Positions 26,521 through 35,406 of a stretch of DNA of 40,127 nt are shown here, piece by piece (position 1 is the first letter of the stretch; the number at the start of each line of letters is the position of its first letter). Origin of the DNA: an uncultured Planctomycetales bacterium (GTDB lineage: Bacteria; Planctomycetota; Phycisphaerae; UBA1845; PWPN01); contig CAZSYS010000001.1 in assembly GCA_964611365.1 (NCBI GenBank), positions 17,565 through 57,691 of the forward strand. Direction: 5' to 3'. Both the position numbers and the translations under genes were made by a program. The notes beneath the pieces are model-generated. The model ran no database searches. It was not told where the DNA came from and worked only from the letters and a program-made list of their open reading frames with translations.

Positions 26521-26913
26521 TCAGGCCGGCTCCCGCCACTCCACCCGCGGGGCGTCGCCCCAGAGCAGTTCCAGGTCGTAGTAGCGCCGCCGCTGGGGAT
26601 CGAACAGGTGCACGACCACGTCCACGTAGTCCGCCAGCAGCCACGTGGCCGAATCGTATCCGCTCACGCCGTAAGGCTGCTGCCCGACCTGCCGGCCGTA
26701 ATCCTCGATGTGGTCCGCGATCGCCCGCATCTGACGGTCCGAGGCGGCGGTGGCGATCACGAAGAAATCCGCCACGGACGACATCGCCCGGAGGTCCAGG
26801 ATGACCACGTCCTCGGCGCGCATCTCCTCGGCCAGCCGGGCGACGGCCCGGGCAAAGTCCAGGCCCGCGACCGTCGGTTCAGACTGCCGCACAGGCAGGC
26901 GGGAAGGCTTCAT
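26521..26913 (-). CDS. rsfS: ribosome silencing factor RsfS (iojap-like)
   Basis: 130 aa with DVVILDLR ... DFFVIATAASDRQMRAIADHI ... WLLADYVDVVVHLF ... YYDLELLWGDAP. Confidence 0.85.
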   Translation of the reverse strand: MKPSRLPVRQSEPTVAGLDFARAVARLAEEMRAEDVVILDLRAMSSVADFFVIATAASDRQMRAIADHIEDYGRQVGQQPYGVSGYDSATWLLADYVDVVVHLFDPQRRRYYDLELLWGDAPRVEWREPA

Positions 26914-26976
26914 GCCGGAGAGTCTAAGGTCTGCGCCGGCCGTTCACAACCCGGGGTCGGCAGGGTGATCCGGGGG

Positions 26977-27582
26977 CTACAGCCCGGCCAGCAGCTCGCA
27001 CAGCTGTCGCCCCAGCGCCCCGCTGATCCGGGCCAGAGCCCACACGCTGGCGGCGTTCTTGCCCAGCTCGACCTGCGAGAGCTGGGAGGTGGTCAGCTCC
27101 GAACGCTCCGACAGCTGCCGCAGGGTCAGGCTCTGCTTGAGCCGCTCCTGCCGGATCCGCTGGCCGATGAGGCGGTTGAGCTCCTGCTCGTTGGTGTAGA
27201 TCAGCCCCATGTCCCGGGCAATGCGCTCCACGGCCTCCAGCAGCTGCTCCTCCCGGAAGGGCTTGGTGATGTAGTCGCGGGCGCCCAGGCGCATGGTCTC
27301 GGCGGCGGTCTGCACGTCGGGATAGGCGGTCATGACCAGCACGGCCACACGCGGATCGTCACTTTTGATCTTCTCGACGACCTCCAGGCCGCCGAGGTCG
27401 GGCATCTTGATATCCACCAGGGCGATGTCGAACGGCGTTTTCTTGACCGACTGGACCGCCTGCCGGGGCTGGGTGAAGGACTGCACGTGGTAGCCGTGCT
27501 CCTGAAGGATCATGCCCACCGTCTTGCAGACCTGGGCGTCATCGTCCACCACCAGCACCTTGATATGGTGTCGCACCGCCAT
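26977..27582 (-). CDS. response regulator with receiver domain fused to an XRE-type HTH
   Basis: REC motifs are VLVVDDD, DIALVDIKMPDLGG, LVMTAY and DYITKPF. The C-terminal IGQRIRQERLKQSLTLRQLSERSELTTSQLSQVELGKN is a Cro/C1 (XRE) HTH. Confidence 0.8.
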   Translation of the reverse strand: MAVRHHIKVLVVDDDAQVCKTVGMILQEHGYHVQSFTQPRQAVQSVKKTPFDIALVDIKMPDLGGLEVVEKIKSDDPRVAVLVMTAYPDVQTAAETMRLGARDYITKPFREEQLLEAVERIARDMGLIYTNEQELNRLIGQRIRQERLKQSLTLRQLSERSELTTSQLSQVELGKNAASVWALARISGALGRQLCELLAGL

Positions 27583-27867
27583 GATCGTCCTCCGGGCCTG
27601 GTTGGCTCCGGTCCTCCCCGGCCGTCACACCGGCGTCAGGCGCATCGGTGTCAGGCTCGCATGGTTCACGTCCACCGCGCCCGCTCAGGTACGCCAACCG
27701 CTCGGCCGGCGAAGAACCGCGGCCGCCGAATTCAGTGACAGCGGAAGCCGGGCCGCAGCTTACAGTGCTATTTTATCGCTGCGTGGCCGAACTTGCTACA
27801 GTACCAATCTAACCACTCAGGCCGGAAAATCGACTTGAGTCACCGGCATCGTTCTGATCCATATGGT

Positions 27868-27877
27868 CAATCGATTG
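27868..27877. promoter_or_regulatory. perfect 10-bp palindrome CAATCGATTG flanked by GTCAA direct repeats 11 bp apart
   Basis: Read directly from GGTCAATCGATTGTCAAG. It lies in the AT-rich gap about 285 bp upstream of the REC-XRE gene start. Confidence 0.3.
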
Positions 27878-28048
27878 TCAAGATTATTATTAGCAATACT
27901 TTGCAAGCAACAAGGCCAACTTCCGAGCCTTCACCGGCACCACCACGTCCACAAGAATAGGGTATCTACCTATCGACAGAATCACCACGTAGGACGACTG
28001 CCGCGGACCCTGGGCGCCAGCGGCCAGGGTGCTTTGAAGGACGGCGGT

Positions 28049-28075
28049 TTGAGCTTCGCCCGAGGGATGTATAAT
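28049..28075 (+). promoter_or_regulatory. candidate promoter TTGAGC-N15-TATAAT
   Basis: Consensus -10 TATAAT at 28070-28075. The -35 is weak and the spacing short. It is about 165 nt upstream of the small lipoprotein gene. Confidence 0.3.
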
Positions 28076-28241
28076 TCCGACGGCAGGAGTCGCACGGCCG
28101 GGTCGACGCAGACAGTCCCCAGACCGGTCCGAGCGGCCTGTCCGGCCTGAATCGGATGGCCGCCCGGCGGATCTGGCCTGCAAAAGGCGGCCGCGGCCGG
28201 CGGACCGGCATGCGATGTTCCAGTACACCGGAGCCCCGACC

Positions 28242-28463
28242 ATGAAACGGCAACTGCCAGCACGAATCGGACTTGCGGCCGCAGTTCTGGTCGGCCTGCA
28301 CGGATGCGGCGTCAGCTTCGGGCCCTACCCCGTCCCCGCTCCGCTGGTCGAGATCACCGCCGCAGCCACCTCCCAGCCGTCCGAGAGCGGCACATCCGGC
28401 GGGTCTTCGCTGACCGACCAGCAGATTCAGGATCTGCTGGATCAGCTGGCCGGCGGACAGTGA
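28242..28463 (+). CDS. 73-aa small lipoprotein
   Basis: GGAG lies about 9 nt upstream of the ATG at 28242. It has signal plus lipobox LVGLHGC. The mature part is Pro/Ser/Thr-rich and ends in the acidic helix DQQIQDLLDQLAGGQ. Confidence 0.55.
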   Translation: MKRQLPARIGLAAAVLVGLHGCGVSFGPYPVPAPLVEITAAATSQPSESGTSGGSSLTDQQIQDLLDQLAGGQ

Positions 28464-28479
28464 TCGGCTGCGGGCCGGG

Positions 28480-30894
28480 TCACTCGACCGCCGCCGCCTC
28501 CAGCCCACTGAGGTTCTCGACTTCGGCGGCGTAACCGTCCGGCATCCGCAGGCGGTACTCGATCCGGCCGGGGCTTCTCTTCCAGGACAGCTCCACGACA
28601 CCGTGCACGGTGGGCACCCGCCCGGCGCAGTGTTCCAGGGCCAGGTCGGGCAGGCGCACATGCACGCGCCGGCCGACCGGGTCGCAGGCGAACACGCCCA
28701 GCACGTCGCGGATGAGCACATGGGCGGCGTGCGAGGCGAATCCGTGGTTGCAGCTGGCCACGGTGTCGTTGTTCTCCCAGAGCGTGCCGGTACGTTCGGC
28801 CATGTAGAGGTTGTAGCCCAGCAGGTCGTCCAGCATCTGCCGCACCCGCCCCAGGCGCGAGAGAATCTCCAGCCGCAGCATGTTGCCGACGAGCTGGTTG
28901 GAGGGATAGATGTCCGGCCGTTCGAAGGCCGCCCGCCGCCGGGGGCCGAAGCGGTCGACCAGCAGCGCCAGCAGATCGCCGTGCGTCTCGGGGGTGGCCG
29001 CGCCGAAGTAGAAGGCATAGTACTGGCAGGTCTCGGTGCGGTTGCCGGTGACCTTGAGCCGGCCGTCGACGCGCACGGCGTTATCGACGAAGAACTCGCC
29101 GTTGAACGACTGGCCGCGGACGGCCTGGCGGACCCGGCCGGCCTCCTCCAGCCAGTCGCGCCGGTCGTACATCCGCCCGGCGGCCTCCAGTGCTCCGGCC
29201 CAGAGCATGTTGGTCGGGTAGTTGACGTCCTGGACGAAGTCCTGGCACCGCGACCACTCGACGAAGACCCAGCTCTCCAGCTTCTCCAGCAGGCCGTCGG
29301 TGTTGCGGAACTTGCCGAAGTAATCGATGAGCCTGTCGATCTTCGGGCGCAGGGCGTCGATCATCGCCCGGTCGCCGCTGCGCCGGCCGTATTCCTCCAG
29401 CTGGAGCACGAACCACATCGCCCAGTTGGGGATGAAGCTGTTGACCCCGTGGTCGGCCGGGTAGCACATCGGCAGCATGCCTTCCGGCAGTCCGGCGAAC
29501 CGTTCCGGCAGCAGGTAGTTCTCCAGGAAAGCCTTCTCGATGAGCGTGTGCCCGTTGAGATCGGCGGCGACGCGGGCGGTGAAGAAGCTGTCGCAGAGCC
29601 AGCCGGCCCGCTCGCGCGAGGGGCAGTCCATGAAGATGTCGACGGCGTTCTGGCGGAACGTCTGGCGGGCGGCGGCGTACAGCGTGTTCAGCCGGTCGTC
29701 CGAGCAGGAGAAGGCCGAGCGGTCGAGGTCGTCGTTGGCGTACTCGCGCAGGTACACGTTCTCGACCTCGCAGACGCCCTCCAGGACCGCCAGCTTCAGG
29801 AACTGCAGCGAGTAGGGCTCGAGGCTCTCGAAGTCGTACGTGCCCGGGGCCATGTCCAGGCCCAGCACGTTCGAGCAGTCCATGCGCGTGCAGTCCACGA
29901 CGCCGCGGTTGAGGATCTCGTCAAACCCGACCAGCAGCCGGCACGGCTCCGGCGCCCGGATCCGCAGGCCGACGAAGCCGGTGAGCTCGGTGCCGAAATC
30001 CAGAATATCGAACGTCCTCTCCGCCAGCCGGAACCGGTCGGCCGCACCGATCGTCCGCTTCACCGGCTCCAGCCGGGCCGGCGCGTGCTTCAGGAGATCC
30101 GCCATCGGCAGGGCCTGGAACTCTTCGCGGCGGAATCCGCCGCGGGTGTGGTTCCACTTCATCGTCTCCAGCCAGCGCGCGGCGCCGGCCCCGTCGGCCG
30201 GGGCCAGCGTGCCGGTGGATACGTGGCTGACCGCGCGGATGACCGCATAGCCCGGATACGGTACCCGCCGCGGCAGCAGCCGGACCGGCTCCAGCACCGC
30301 ACAGGCCGCCGGCTCTCCGGTTGCGTCCGGGTCGAGCCGCCAGGCGTCCCAGCCCGGCCGGAGCCGGTAGCTCTCGCTGAACGCCCGCTGATGGCTGTAG
30401 CGCTCGACCTTGCGGATCCGGTGGTCCAGCACCGTCGCGGTGAAGCCGCCCTCGACGCCGGTGGCCGCCAGCACCTGCCCGTCGGCAGCCACCTCCGCCT
30501 GCAGGAACGGCGGCTGGTTGGGCACGTAGTAGGTGTTGACGTTGAAAGCCGAGACCTCCACGGCCACGACGTTGGGCCCGGGGGTCAGCAGACCGGCCAG
30601 ATCGATCTGGTCCACCCGGAACCACCCGTGCGGCCCGCGAGCCGGACCGTGCCCGGCGAACCGTCCGTTGATCCAGACCCGGTAGATCGAGCATCCGGCC
30701 GCTGTGAGCGTGATCCGCCGGCCGGCAGGAGGCTCGATCACCGCCCGGAATCCGACCAGGAGGTTCATCTCCTTCTCCAGGCCCTGCGGCCAGACCGGCC
30801 GGGCGGCCCGGAACACGGGCGTTTCGTCCGCGGCCGCGGCGAGGACTGTGCCGGCGAACGTGGATGCCACCAGACCCACCGTAAAGGGCGACAT
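28480..30894 (-). CDS. alpha-L-rhamnosidase-like glycoside hydrolase (GH78-like)
   Basis: 804 aa with a signal peptide. It has an N-terminal beta domain (YRVWINGRFAGHGPARG), the six-hairpin catalytic-region motif FMDCPSRERAGWLCDS, and a C-terminal beta domain. Confidence 0.7.
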   Translation of the reverse strand: MSPFTVGLVASTFAGTVLAAAADETPVFRAARPVWPQGLEKEMNLLVGFRAVIEPPAGRRITLTAAGCSIYRVWINGRFAGHGPARGPHGWFRVDQIDLAGLLTPGPNVVAVEVSAFNVNTYYVPNQPPFLQAEVAADGQVLAATGVEGGFTATVLDHRIRKVERYSHQRAFSESYRLRPGWDAWRLDPDATGEPAACAVLEPVRLLPRRVPYPGYAVIRAVSHVSTGTLAPADGAGAARWLETMKWNHTRGGFRREEFQALPMADLLKHAPARLEPVKRTIGAADRFRLAERTFDILDFGTELTGFVGLRIRAPEPCRLLVGFDEILNRGVVDCTRMDCSNVLGLDMAPGTYDFESLEPYSLQFLKLAVLEGVCEVENVYLREYANDDLDRSAFSCSDDRLNTLYAAARQTFRQNAVDIFMDCPSRERAGWLCDSFFTARVAADLNGHTLIEKAFLENYLLPERFAGLPEGMLPMCYPADHGVNSFIPNWAMWFVLQLEEYGRRSGDRAMIDALRPKIDRLIDYFGKFRNTDGLLEKLESWVFVEWSRCQDFVQDVNYPTNMLWAGALEAAGRMYDRRDWLEEAGRVRQAVRGQSFNGEFFVDNAVRVDGRLKVTGNRTETCQYYAFYFGAATPETHGDLLALLVDRFGPRRRAAFERPDIYPSNQLVGNMLRLEILSRLGRVRQMLDDLLGYNLYMAERTGTLWENNDTVASCNHGFASHAAHVLIRDVLGVFACDPVGRRVHVRLPDLALEHCAGRVPTVHGVVELSWKRSPGRIEYRLRMPDGYAAEVENLSGLEAAAVE

Positions 30895-31050
30895 AGGCGA
30901 TCCTTCCCGGCCGACCGGCCGAATCGACGGGTTTTCCGCCGGGCGGGGCGCGTCCGGATCCTTCGGACCGCCTCCGGCGGTCTGGAGCTCGATCAGGCCC
31001 CCGACGGCGGCATGGTATCCGAACCGCCGGACCGGTCCAATGCGTGCGCC

Positions 31051-31080
31051 TTGACCGCCCCGGCGCCGGGTGGGTCTAAT
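31051..31080 (+). promoter_or_regulatory. sigma70-like promoter TTGACC-N18-TCTAAT
   Basis: The -35 matches 5/6 at 31051-31056 and the -10 matches 5/6 at 31075-31080, about 77 nt upstream of the kinase ATG. Confidence 0.4.
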
Positions 31081-31156
31081 GCCCGGCCTGCAGACGCCGG
31101 CCGGGCGGGCCGGTCCGGGCGGGCCGGCAACCGACTGTTCATCGAGGAGTCATCCC

Positions 31157-32242
31157 ATGAAGGGGCTGAAAATCAACACCGCGGCGTGCGATCTGGATTT
31201 CCTGGCGCTGGGCGCGGTGGTGCATCGCCTGGATCCCGGGGTCATCCCGTTCCGCAAGGCCCGCTCGGTCGACATTCACGTGTCCGGCGGCGAGTACAAC
31301 GTGGCCGCGAATCTGTCCGACTGTTTCGGGCTGCGGACCGGCGTCGCCACCGCCATGGTCAACTACGGCCTCGGCGAGCTCGTGCAGGCGCGGATCCGCG
31401 AAACCGGCGTGCGGCCCTACTTCAAGTGGTTCGAGCACGACGGCGTCCGCGGACCCAACATCGCCACGGTCTACAGCGACCGCGGCTGCGGCGTCCGGGC
31501 GCCGGTGGTGTTCTACAACCGGGCCAACGAGGCCGGAGCCCTGCTGAAGCCCGGCGATTTCGACTGGCCGGCGATCTTCGCCTCCGGCGTGCGCTGGTTC
31601 CACTCCGGCGGCATCTTCGCCGCCCTGTCCGAGACCACCTCCGAGCTGATCCTCGAGGCCATGCAGGCCGCCCGCTCCGCCGGCGCGGTCAACTCCTTCG
31701 ACCTGAACTACCGGGCCAAGCTGTGGGCCCCGATCGGCGGCGAGAAGCGGGCGCAGCAGACCCTTCGCCGGATCGCCGGCTGCGTGGACGCCCTGATCGG
31801 CAACGAGGAGGACCTGCAGAAGGGGCTGGGCATCGCCGGCCCGGAGGTGACCGCGGCGAAGTCCGGGCTCGACCCGGGCACGTTCTTCGACATGATCGAC
31901 CGGGTGGTGCGGGAGTTCCCGAACATCCGCATGGTCGCGACCACGCTGCGCGAGGTCCACTCCACCAACCGGCACGACTGGGCGGCGGTGCTCTGGCTGG
32001 ACGGCCAGCGCTTCGTCAGCCCGACCTGTCAGCTGGACGTCCTGGACCGCATCGGCGGGGGCGACGGCTTCGCCGCCGGCCTGATCTACGGCCTGCTGGC
32101 CGGCCGGGAGCCCGAGCAGGCGCTGCGCCTGGGCTGGGCCCACGGGGCCCTGCTGACCACCTTCCCCGGCGACGTCACCATGGCCCGGCTTCCGGAGGTC
32201 GAGGCCTTCGCCAGGGGCGGATCGGCCCGCGTGCAGCGCTGA
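31157..32242 (+). CDS. PfkB-family sugar kinase (2-keto-3-deoxygluconate kinase-like)
   Basis: GAGGAG lies 8 nt upstream of the in-frame ATG at 31157. Motifs are GGEYNVAANL and the PfkB signature DRIGGGDGFAAGLIYGLL. Confidence 0.7.
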   Translation: MKGLKINTAACDLDFLALGAVVHRLDPGVIPFRKARSVDIHVSGGEYNVAANLSDCFGLRTGVATAMVNYGLGELVQARIRETGVRPYFKWFEHDGVRGPNIATVYSDRGCGVRAPVVFYNRANEAGALLKPGDFDWPAIFASGVRWFHSGGIFAALSETTSELILEAMQAARSAGAVNSFDLNYRAKLWAPIGGEKRAQQTLRRIAGCVDALIGNEEDLQKGLGIAGPEVTAAKSGLDPGTFFDMIDRVVREFPNIRMVATTLREVHSTNRHDWAAVLWLDGQRFVSPTCQLDVLDRIGGGDGFAAGLIYGLLAGREPEQALRLGWAHGALLTTFPGDVTMARLPEVEAFARGGSARVQR

Positions 32243-32288
32243 CCGCCGGGCCGGCGGCGCCTCCGGGCGAGCCGTTCCCGACGACCGT

Positions 32289-33212
32289 TCACAACGAGCC
32301 GTGCTGCCGCGCCCAGGCGATGGCCTTGGGAATGCCCGCGGTCAGCGGGGTCTGGGGGTCGTAGCCCAGCAGCTGGCGGGCCTTGGAGATGTCGGCCACG
32401 TAGCGCATCACCTCGCCGGGCCGGGCGGGCTCGAACGTGACCCGGGGCGTGCGGCCCAGCGCCAGGGCGATGATGTTGACCGCGTCAACCAGGGTACTGC
32501 CCTGCCCGTAGGCGAGATTGACGGTCTGGCCGGCGATCCGCCCGTCCGTCAGGGCGTCCAGCCCCCGGCAGATGCCGTCGATGCAGTCATCGACGTAGGT
32601 GAAGTCGAACACCTTTTCCCGGCCGTAGACCACGATGGGCTCGTCTCGGGCGATCCGGCGCATGAACAGCGGCAGGACCCGTTCCATCCGCTCGATATCG
32701 TTGTCGTACCGTCCGTAGACGTTGCTGAAGCGGAAGACCAGGTAGCGCAGGTCGTAGCACTGGGCGAACGAGTAGATGAACGCCTCTCCGGCGATCTTGC
32801 TGGCCGAGTAGGGGCTTTCGGCCACGACGAAGTCGGCCTCGGCCTCCTCGGTGACGTGTCGATGGATGTCGCCGTAGACCTCGCGGGAGCTCCCGAAGAC
32901 GAAGGGGATGCCGGCGCGTCGTGCGTACTCCAGGGCCGCGAAACAGACGTTGACGTTCTCCATCGCCCGGTGGGGCCATTGCACCAGTTCGAAGACCTTC
33001 GCGTAGGCCGCCAGGTGCACGATGACATCGAACGGCCCGGGCGGGAAATCCTCCGCGGTCGCCTCGTTGAGATCGAGGTTCACGGTCGGGATGCGGTCGG
33101 TCCAGGTGTTCGGCCGGCGGTCGATGCCCACGACCTCGTCGCCGCGATCCATCAGCGCAAGAGCCAGGTTCGTACCGATCTGCCCGCTGGAACCGGTGAT
33201 GAGCACACGCAT
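32289..33212 (-). CDS. NAD-dependent epimerase/dehydratase family protein
   Basis: The true start is MRVLITGSSGQIGTNL (ATG at 33212) inside the over-extended ORF 32289..34109. SPYSASKIAGE provides the YxxxK motif. Confidence 0.8.
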   Translation of the reverse strand: MRVLITGSSGQIGTNLALALMDRGDEVVGIDRRPNTWTDRIPTVNLDLNEATAEDFPPGPFDVIVHLAAYAKVFELVQWPHRAMENVNVCFAALEYARRAGIPFVFGSSREVYGDIHRHVTEEAEADFVVAESPYSASKIAGEAFIYSFAQCYDLRYLVFRFSNVYGRYDNDIERMERVLPLFMRRIARDEPIVVYGREKVFDFTYVDDCIDGICRGLDALTDGRIAGQTVNLAYGQGSTLVDAVNIIALALGRTPRVTFEPARPGEVMRYVADISKARQLLGYDPQTPLTAGIPKAIAWARQHGSL

Positions 33213-33526
33213 GGTCAGTCGGTCGTCCTCGCCGGGGATGGGTCCGCAACCCCGCCGGACCCCCCTTGCCGGGCCGCGCCGCCCCCCGGGGGTCGCAGGC
33301 CGGGGTCGGATTCCAGGTCTGAGAGCATACTTCCCCCGGCCGGCGGCGTCCAATGCCCCGGTCCGTCCGCCCGCCCGGTCGGGCCCAGCGGGGGTTTCAT
33401 CCCGCGTGGGCGCCCCTGCCCGGCCGTTCTGCAACGCTGCCCGGCCCGGGCCTCCGGCCGCAGCGGGCCGGGCCGCGGTCGGTTGGCCGGGCCGGACAGG
33501 CGATCCTGACCTGCGCGGGCGGCGGC

Positions 33527-33554
33527 TTGCTTCAGGCCGGGGTTTTGCTACAAT
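33527..33554 (+). promoter_or_regulatory. promoter TTGCTT-N16-TGcTACAAT (extended -10) for rpmI-rplT
   Basis: The -35 is at 33527-33532, TG at 33546-33547 and the -10 TACAAT at 33549-33554, 46 nt upstream of the rpmI ATG. Confidence 0.5.
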
Positions 33555-33599
33555 GCCCGATTCTGGCTGCTGGACAGGCATAACCACGGGATTTTCGCG

Positions 33600-33797
33600 A
33601 TGTCGAAAGAAAAGACGCATAAGGGGCTCAAGAAACGTGTCAAGGTCACCGGCCGGCGCAAGGTCAAGGTCAGCCGCTGCGCCTTCACCGGCCACCTGCT
33701 CAGCAGCCGGTCCTCGAAGCGCCGCCGCCGGCTGCGGCGGGGCCGGACGCTGTGCGAGGCCGACCGCAGGCGGATCCTGGAGGCCCTCAACGCCTGA
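33600..33797 (+). CDS. rpmI: 50S ribosomal protein L35
   Basis: 65 aa, MSKEKTHKGLKKRVKVTGRRKV..., a typical basic L35 sequence. Confidence 0.9.
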   Translation: MSKEKTHKGLKKRVKVTGRRKVKVSRCAFTGHLLSSRSSKRRRRLRRGRTLCEADRRRILEALNA

Positions 33798-33806
33798 GCG
33801 GCGACC

Positions 33807-33834
33807 CGCGGCGGCGATGGAATCCGCCGCTGCG
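33807..33834 (+). promoter_or_regulatory. stable 10-bp hairpin in the rpmI-rplT spacer
   Basis: CGCGGCGGCG (33807-33816) pairs with CGCCGCTGCG (33825-33834), including one G-U, around an 8-nt loop. No T-run follows. Confidence 0.3.
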
Positions 33835-33866
33835 ACCACAGCCAACGGTGAGTTCAGGAGAGTCCA

Positions 33867-34214
33867 ATGCCACGCGCAACCAACGGATCGGCCGTCGCCC
33901 GGAAGCGACGCCGCCTGCGTCAGGCCGCCAAGGGGTACTACGGGGCTCGAAGCAAGCAGCACCGTACGATCAAGGTCGCCGTCCTGCGGGCCGGCCAGTC
34001 GGCCTTCCGCGACCGCCGTCGCCGCAAGCGCGACTACCGGTCCCTGTGGATCACACGGATCACGGCGGCATGCCGCATGCGCGGGATCAGCTACGCGCGC
34101 TTCGTCCATGGGCTTAAACAGGCGGCCGTGGCCCTGGACCGCAAGATGCTCAGCGAACTGGCGATCTGCGACCCGGCGGCCTTCGACAAGCTCGTGGGCA
34201 TGGCTCGCCAGTGA
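33867..34214 (+). CDS. rplT: 50S ribosomal protein L20
   Basis: 115 aa with MPRATNGSAVARKRRRLRQAKGYYGARS... and RDYRSLWITRINAA-type motifs. AGGAG lies 6 nt upstream. Confidence 0.9.
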   Translation: MPRATNGSAVARKRRRLRQAAKGYYGARSKQHRTIKVAVLRAGQSAFRDRRRRKRDYRSLWITRITAACRMRGISYARFVHGLKQAAVALDRKMLSELAICDPAAFDKLVGMARQ

Positions 34215-34233
34215 CCGCCCGCCGCGGCGTCGC

Positions 34234-35406
34234 TCACGCGGGCGGCCGTTTCCGGGCCGCGGCCAGTTCCAGGTAGACCCGCTCGATCGCCTCGACCATC
34301 ACGCCGGCGTCGAATTGCCGGAGGCACAGCTGCCGGCCGGCCCGGCCCATGCGCTCCCGGAGCCCGGGGTCGGCGGCCAGTTCGAGGATCGCCCGGGCCA
34401 GGCCCTGCGTGTCGTGAAGCGGCACGAGCAGGCCCGTCTGACCGGGCCGGACCACCTCGGGAGCCCCGTCGATCGCGAACGAGACGACCGGCCTGCCCAT
34501 CAGCAGAGCCTGCACCGCCGCCCGGGGCAGCCCCTCCCATTGGGAGGCGTGGACCAGCAGGTCGATTCCGGCCAGCACCGCCGCCACCTCGCGGGGCGGG
34601 ATCAGGCCGGTGAGCCGCACCCGGTCGCGCAACCCCCGTCTCTCCAGGTCCTGCTCGTAGTGGCGCCGCTGGGACCCGTCGCCCACCCAGACGAACCGCA
34701 GATCCGGGTTCCGTCCGGCTGCCTGCTCCATGGCCGGGATCAGCTGCTCGTAGCCCTTGTTGCGGAACAGGCGGGCGACCGTTCCGACGACCACATCGCG
34801 TTCCTGGAATCCCCACCGCTCACGGATCGCGGACCGGTCGCAGGCCGAAGGGTCGAACCAGTCGGTACGCATGCCGGAGTAGACGGTGGTGAACCGGTCC
34901 GGGGGTGCGATCCCGGCCGCCACCGCCTGGGCGGCCATGGCGTCCGCGACGGTCAGGATCCGGTGCGTGTACCGGGCGGCGAGACGCTCCAGCATCCGGT
35001 AGACCTGGCGGACCGGCCAGGACTGCGTGCGGTTGAAGCTCATGCCGTGAATGGTGTGGACGATCAGCGGGACTCCGGCCCGGGCCGCGGCCAGCCGCCC
35101 CAGGATTCCGGCCTTGCTGCTGTGGGTATGGGCCAGGTCGGGGCTCAGCCTGCGCAACAGGGCGGTCAGCCGGCCCAGGGCCCTGGCGTCCTGCCACGGG
35201 TGGACGCTGCGGCGCAGCTCATCGACCACCACGACATCAAACCTCGCCGACCGGACCTGCTCCAGCAGGCTGCCCTCCGGACCGGTTTCCGGCCCGGTGA
35301 TCAGCGTGACCTCATGGCCCCGGGCCTGCAGCCCTTCGCAGGTGAGCACGGTGTTTTCCTGAGCGCCGCCGATGATCAGCCGCGTGATGAGGTGGGCGAT
35401 TTTCAT
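34234..35406 (-). CDS. glycosyltransferase family 4 (GT-B, Glycos_transf_1)
   Basis: The true start is MKIAHLITRLIIGGAQ (ATG at 35406) inside ORF 34234..36330. HTHSSKAGILG and the EGLPRAAVQALLMGRPVV (E-x7-E-like) region are present. An ATGA overlap with the truA stop lies at 35403-35406. Confidence 0.8.
   Translation of the reverse strand: MKIAHLITRLIIGGAQENTVLTCEGLQARGHEVTLITGPETGPEGSLLEQVRSARFDVVVVDELRRSVHPWQDARALGRLTALLRRLSPDLAHTHSSKAGILGRLAAARAGVPLIVHTIHGMSFNRTQSWPVRQVYRMLERLAARYTHRILTVADAMAAQAVAAGIAPPDRFTTVYSGMRTDWFDPSACDRSAIRERWGFQERDVVVGTVARLFRNKGYEQLIPAMEQAAGRNPDLRFVWVGDGSQRRHYEQDLERRGLRDRVRLTGLIPPREVAAVLAGIDLLVHASQWEGLPRAAVQALLMGRPVVSFAIDGAPEVVRPGQTGLLVPLHDTQGLARAILELAADPGLRERMGRAGRQLCLRQFDAGVMVEAIERVYLELAAARKRPPA

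Noticed and set aside
27863-28150. 95-aa His-rich ORF (HRHHHVHKNRVSTYRQNHHV) in the AT-rich gap
   Set aside because: There is no SD. Its start overlaps the palindrome. Codon usage is unlike the rest of the window, and the C-terminal half is GC-frame noise. It is likely a chance ORF.
28603-32364. 1253-aa plus-strand ORF
   Set aside because: It is antisense to the GH78-like gene and then out of frame across the PfkB kinase. It has no motifs and an extreme Arg/Gly/Pro content.
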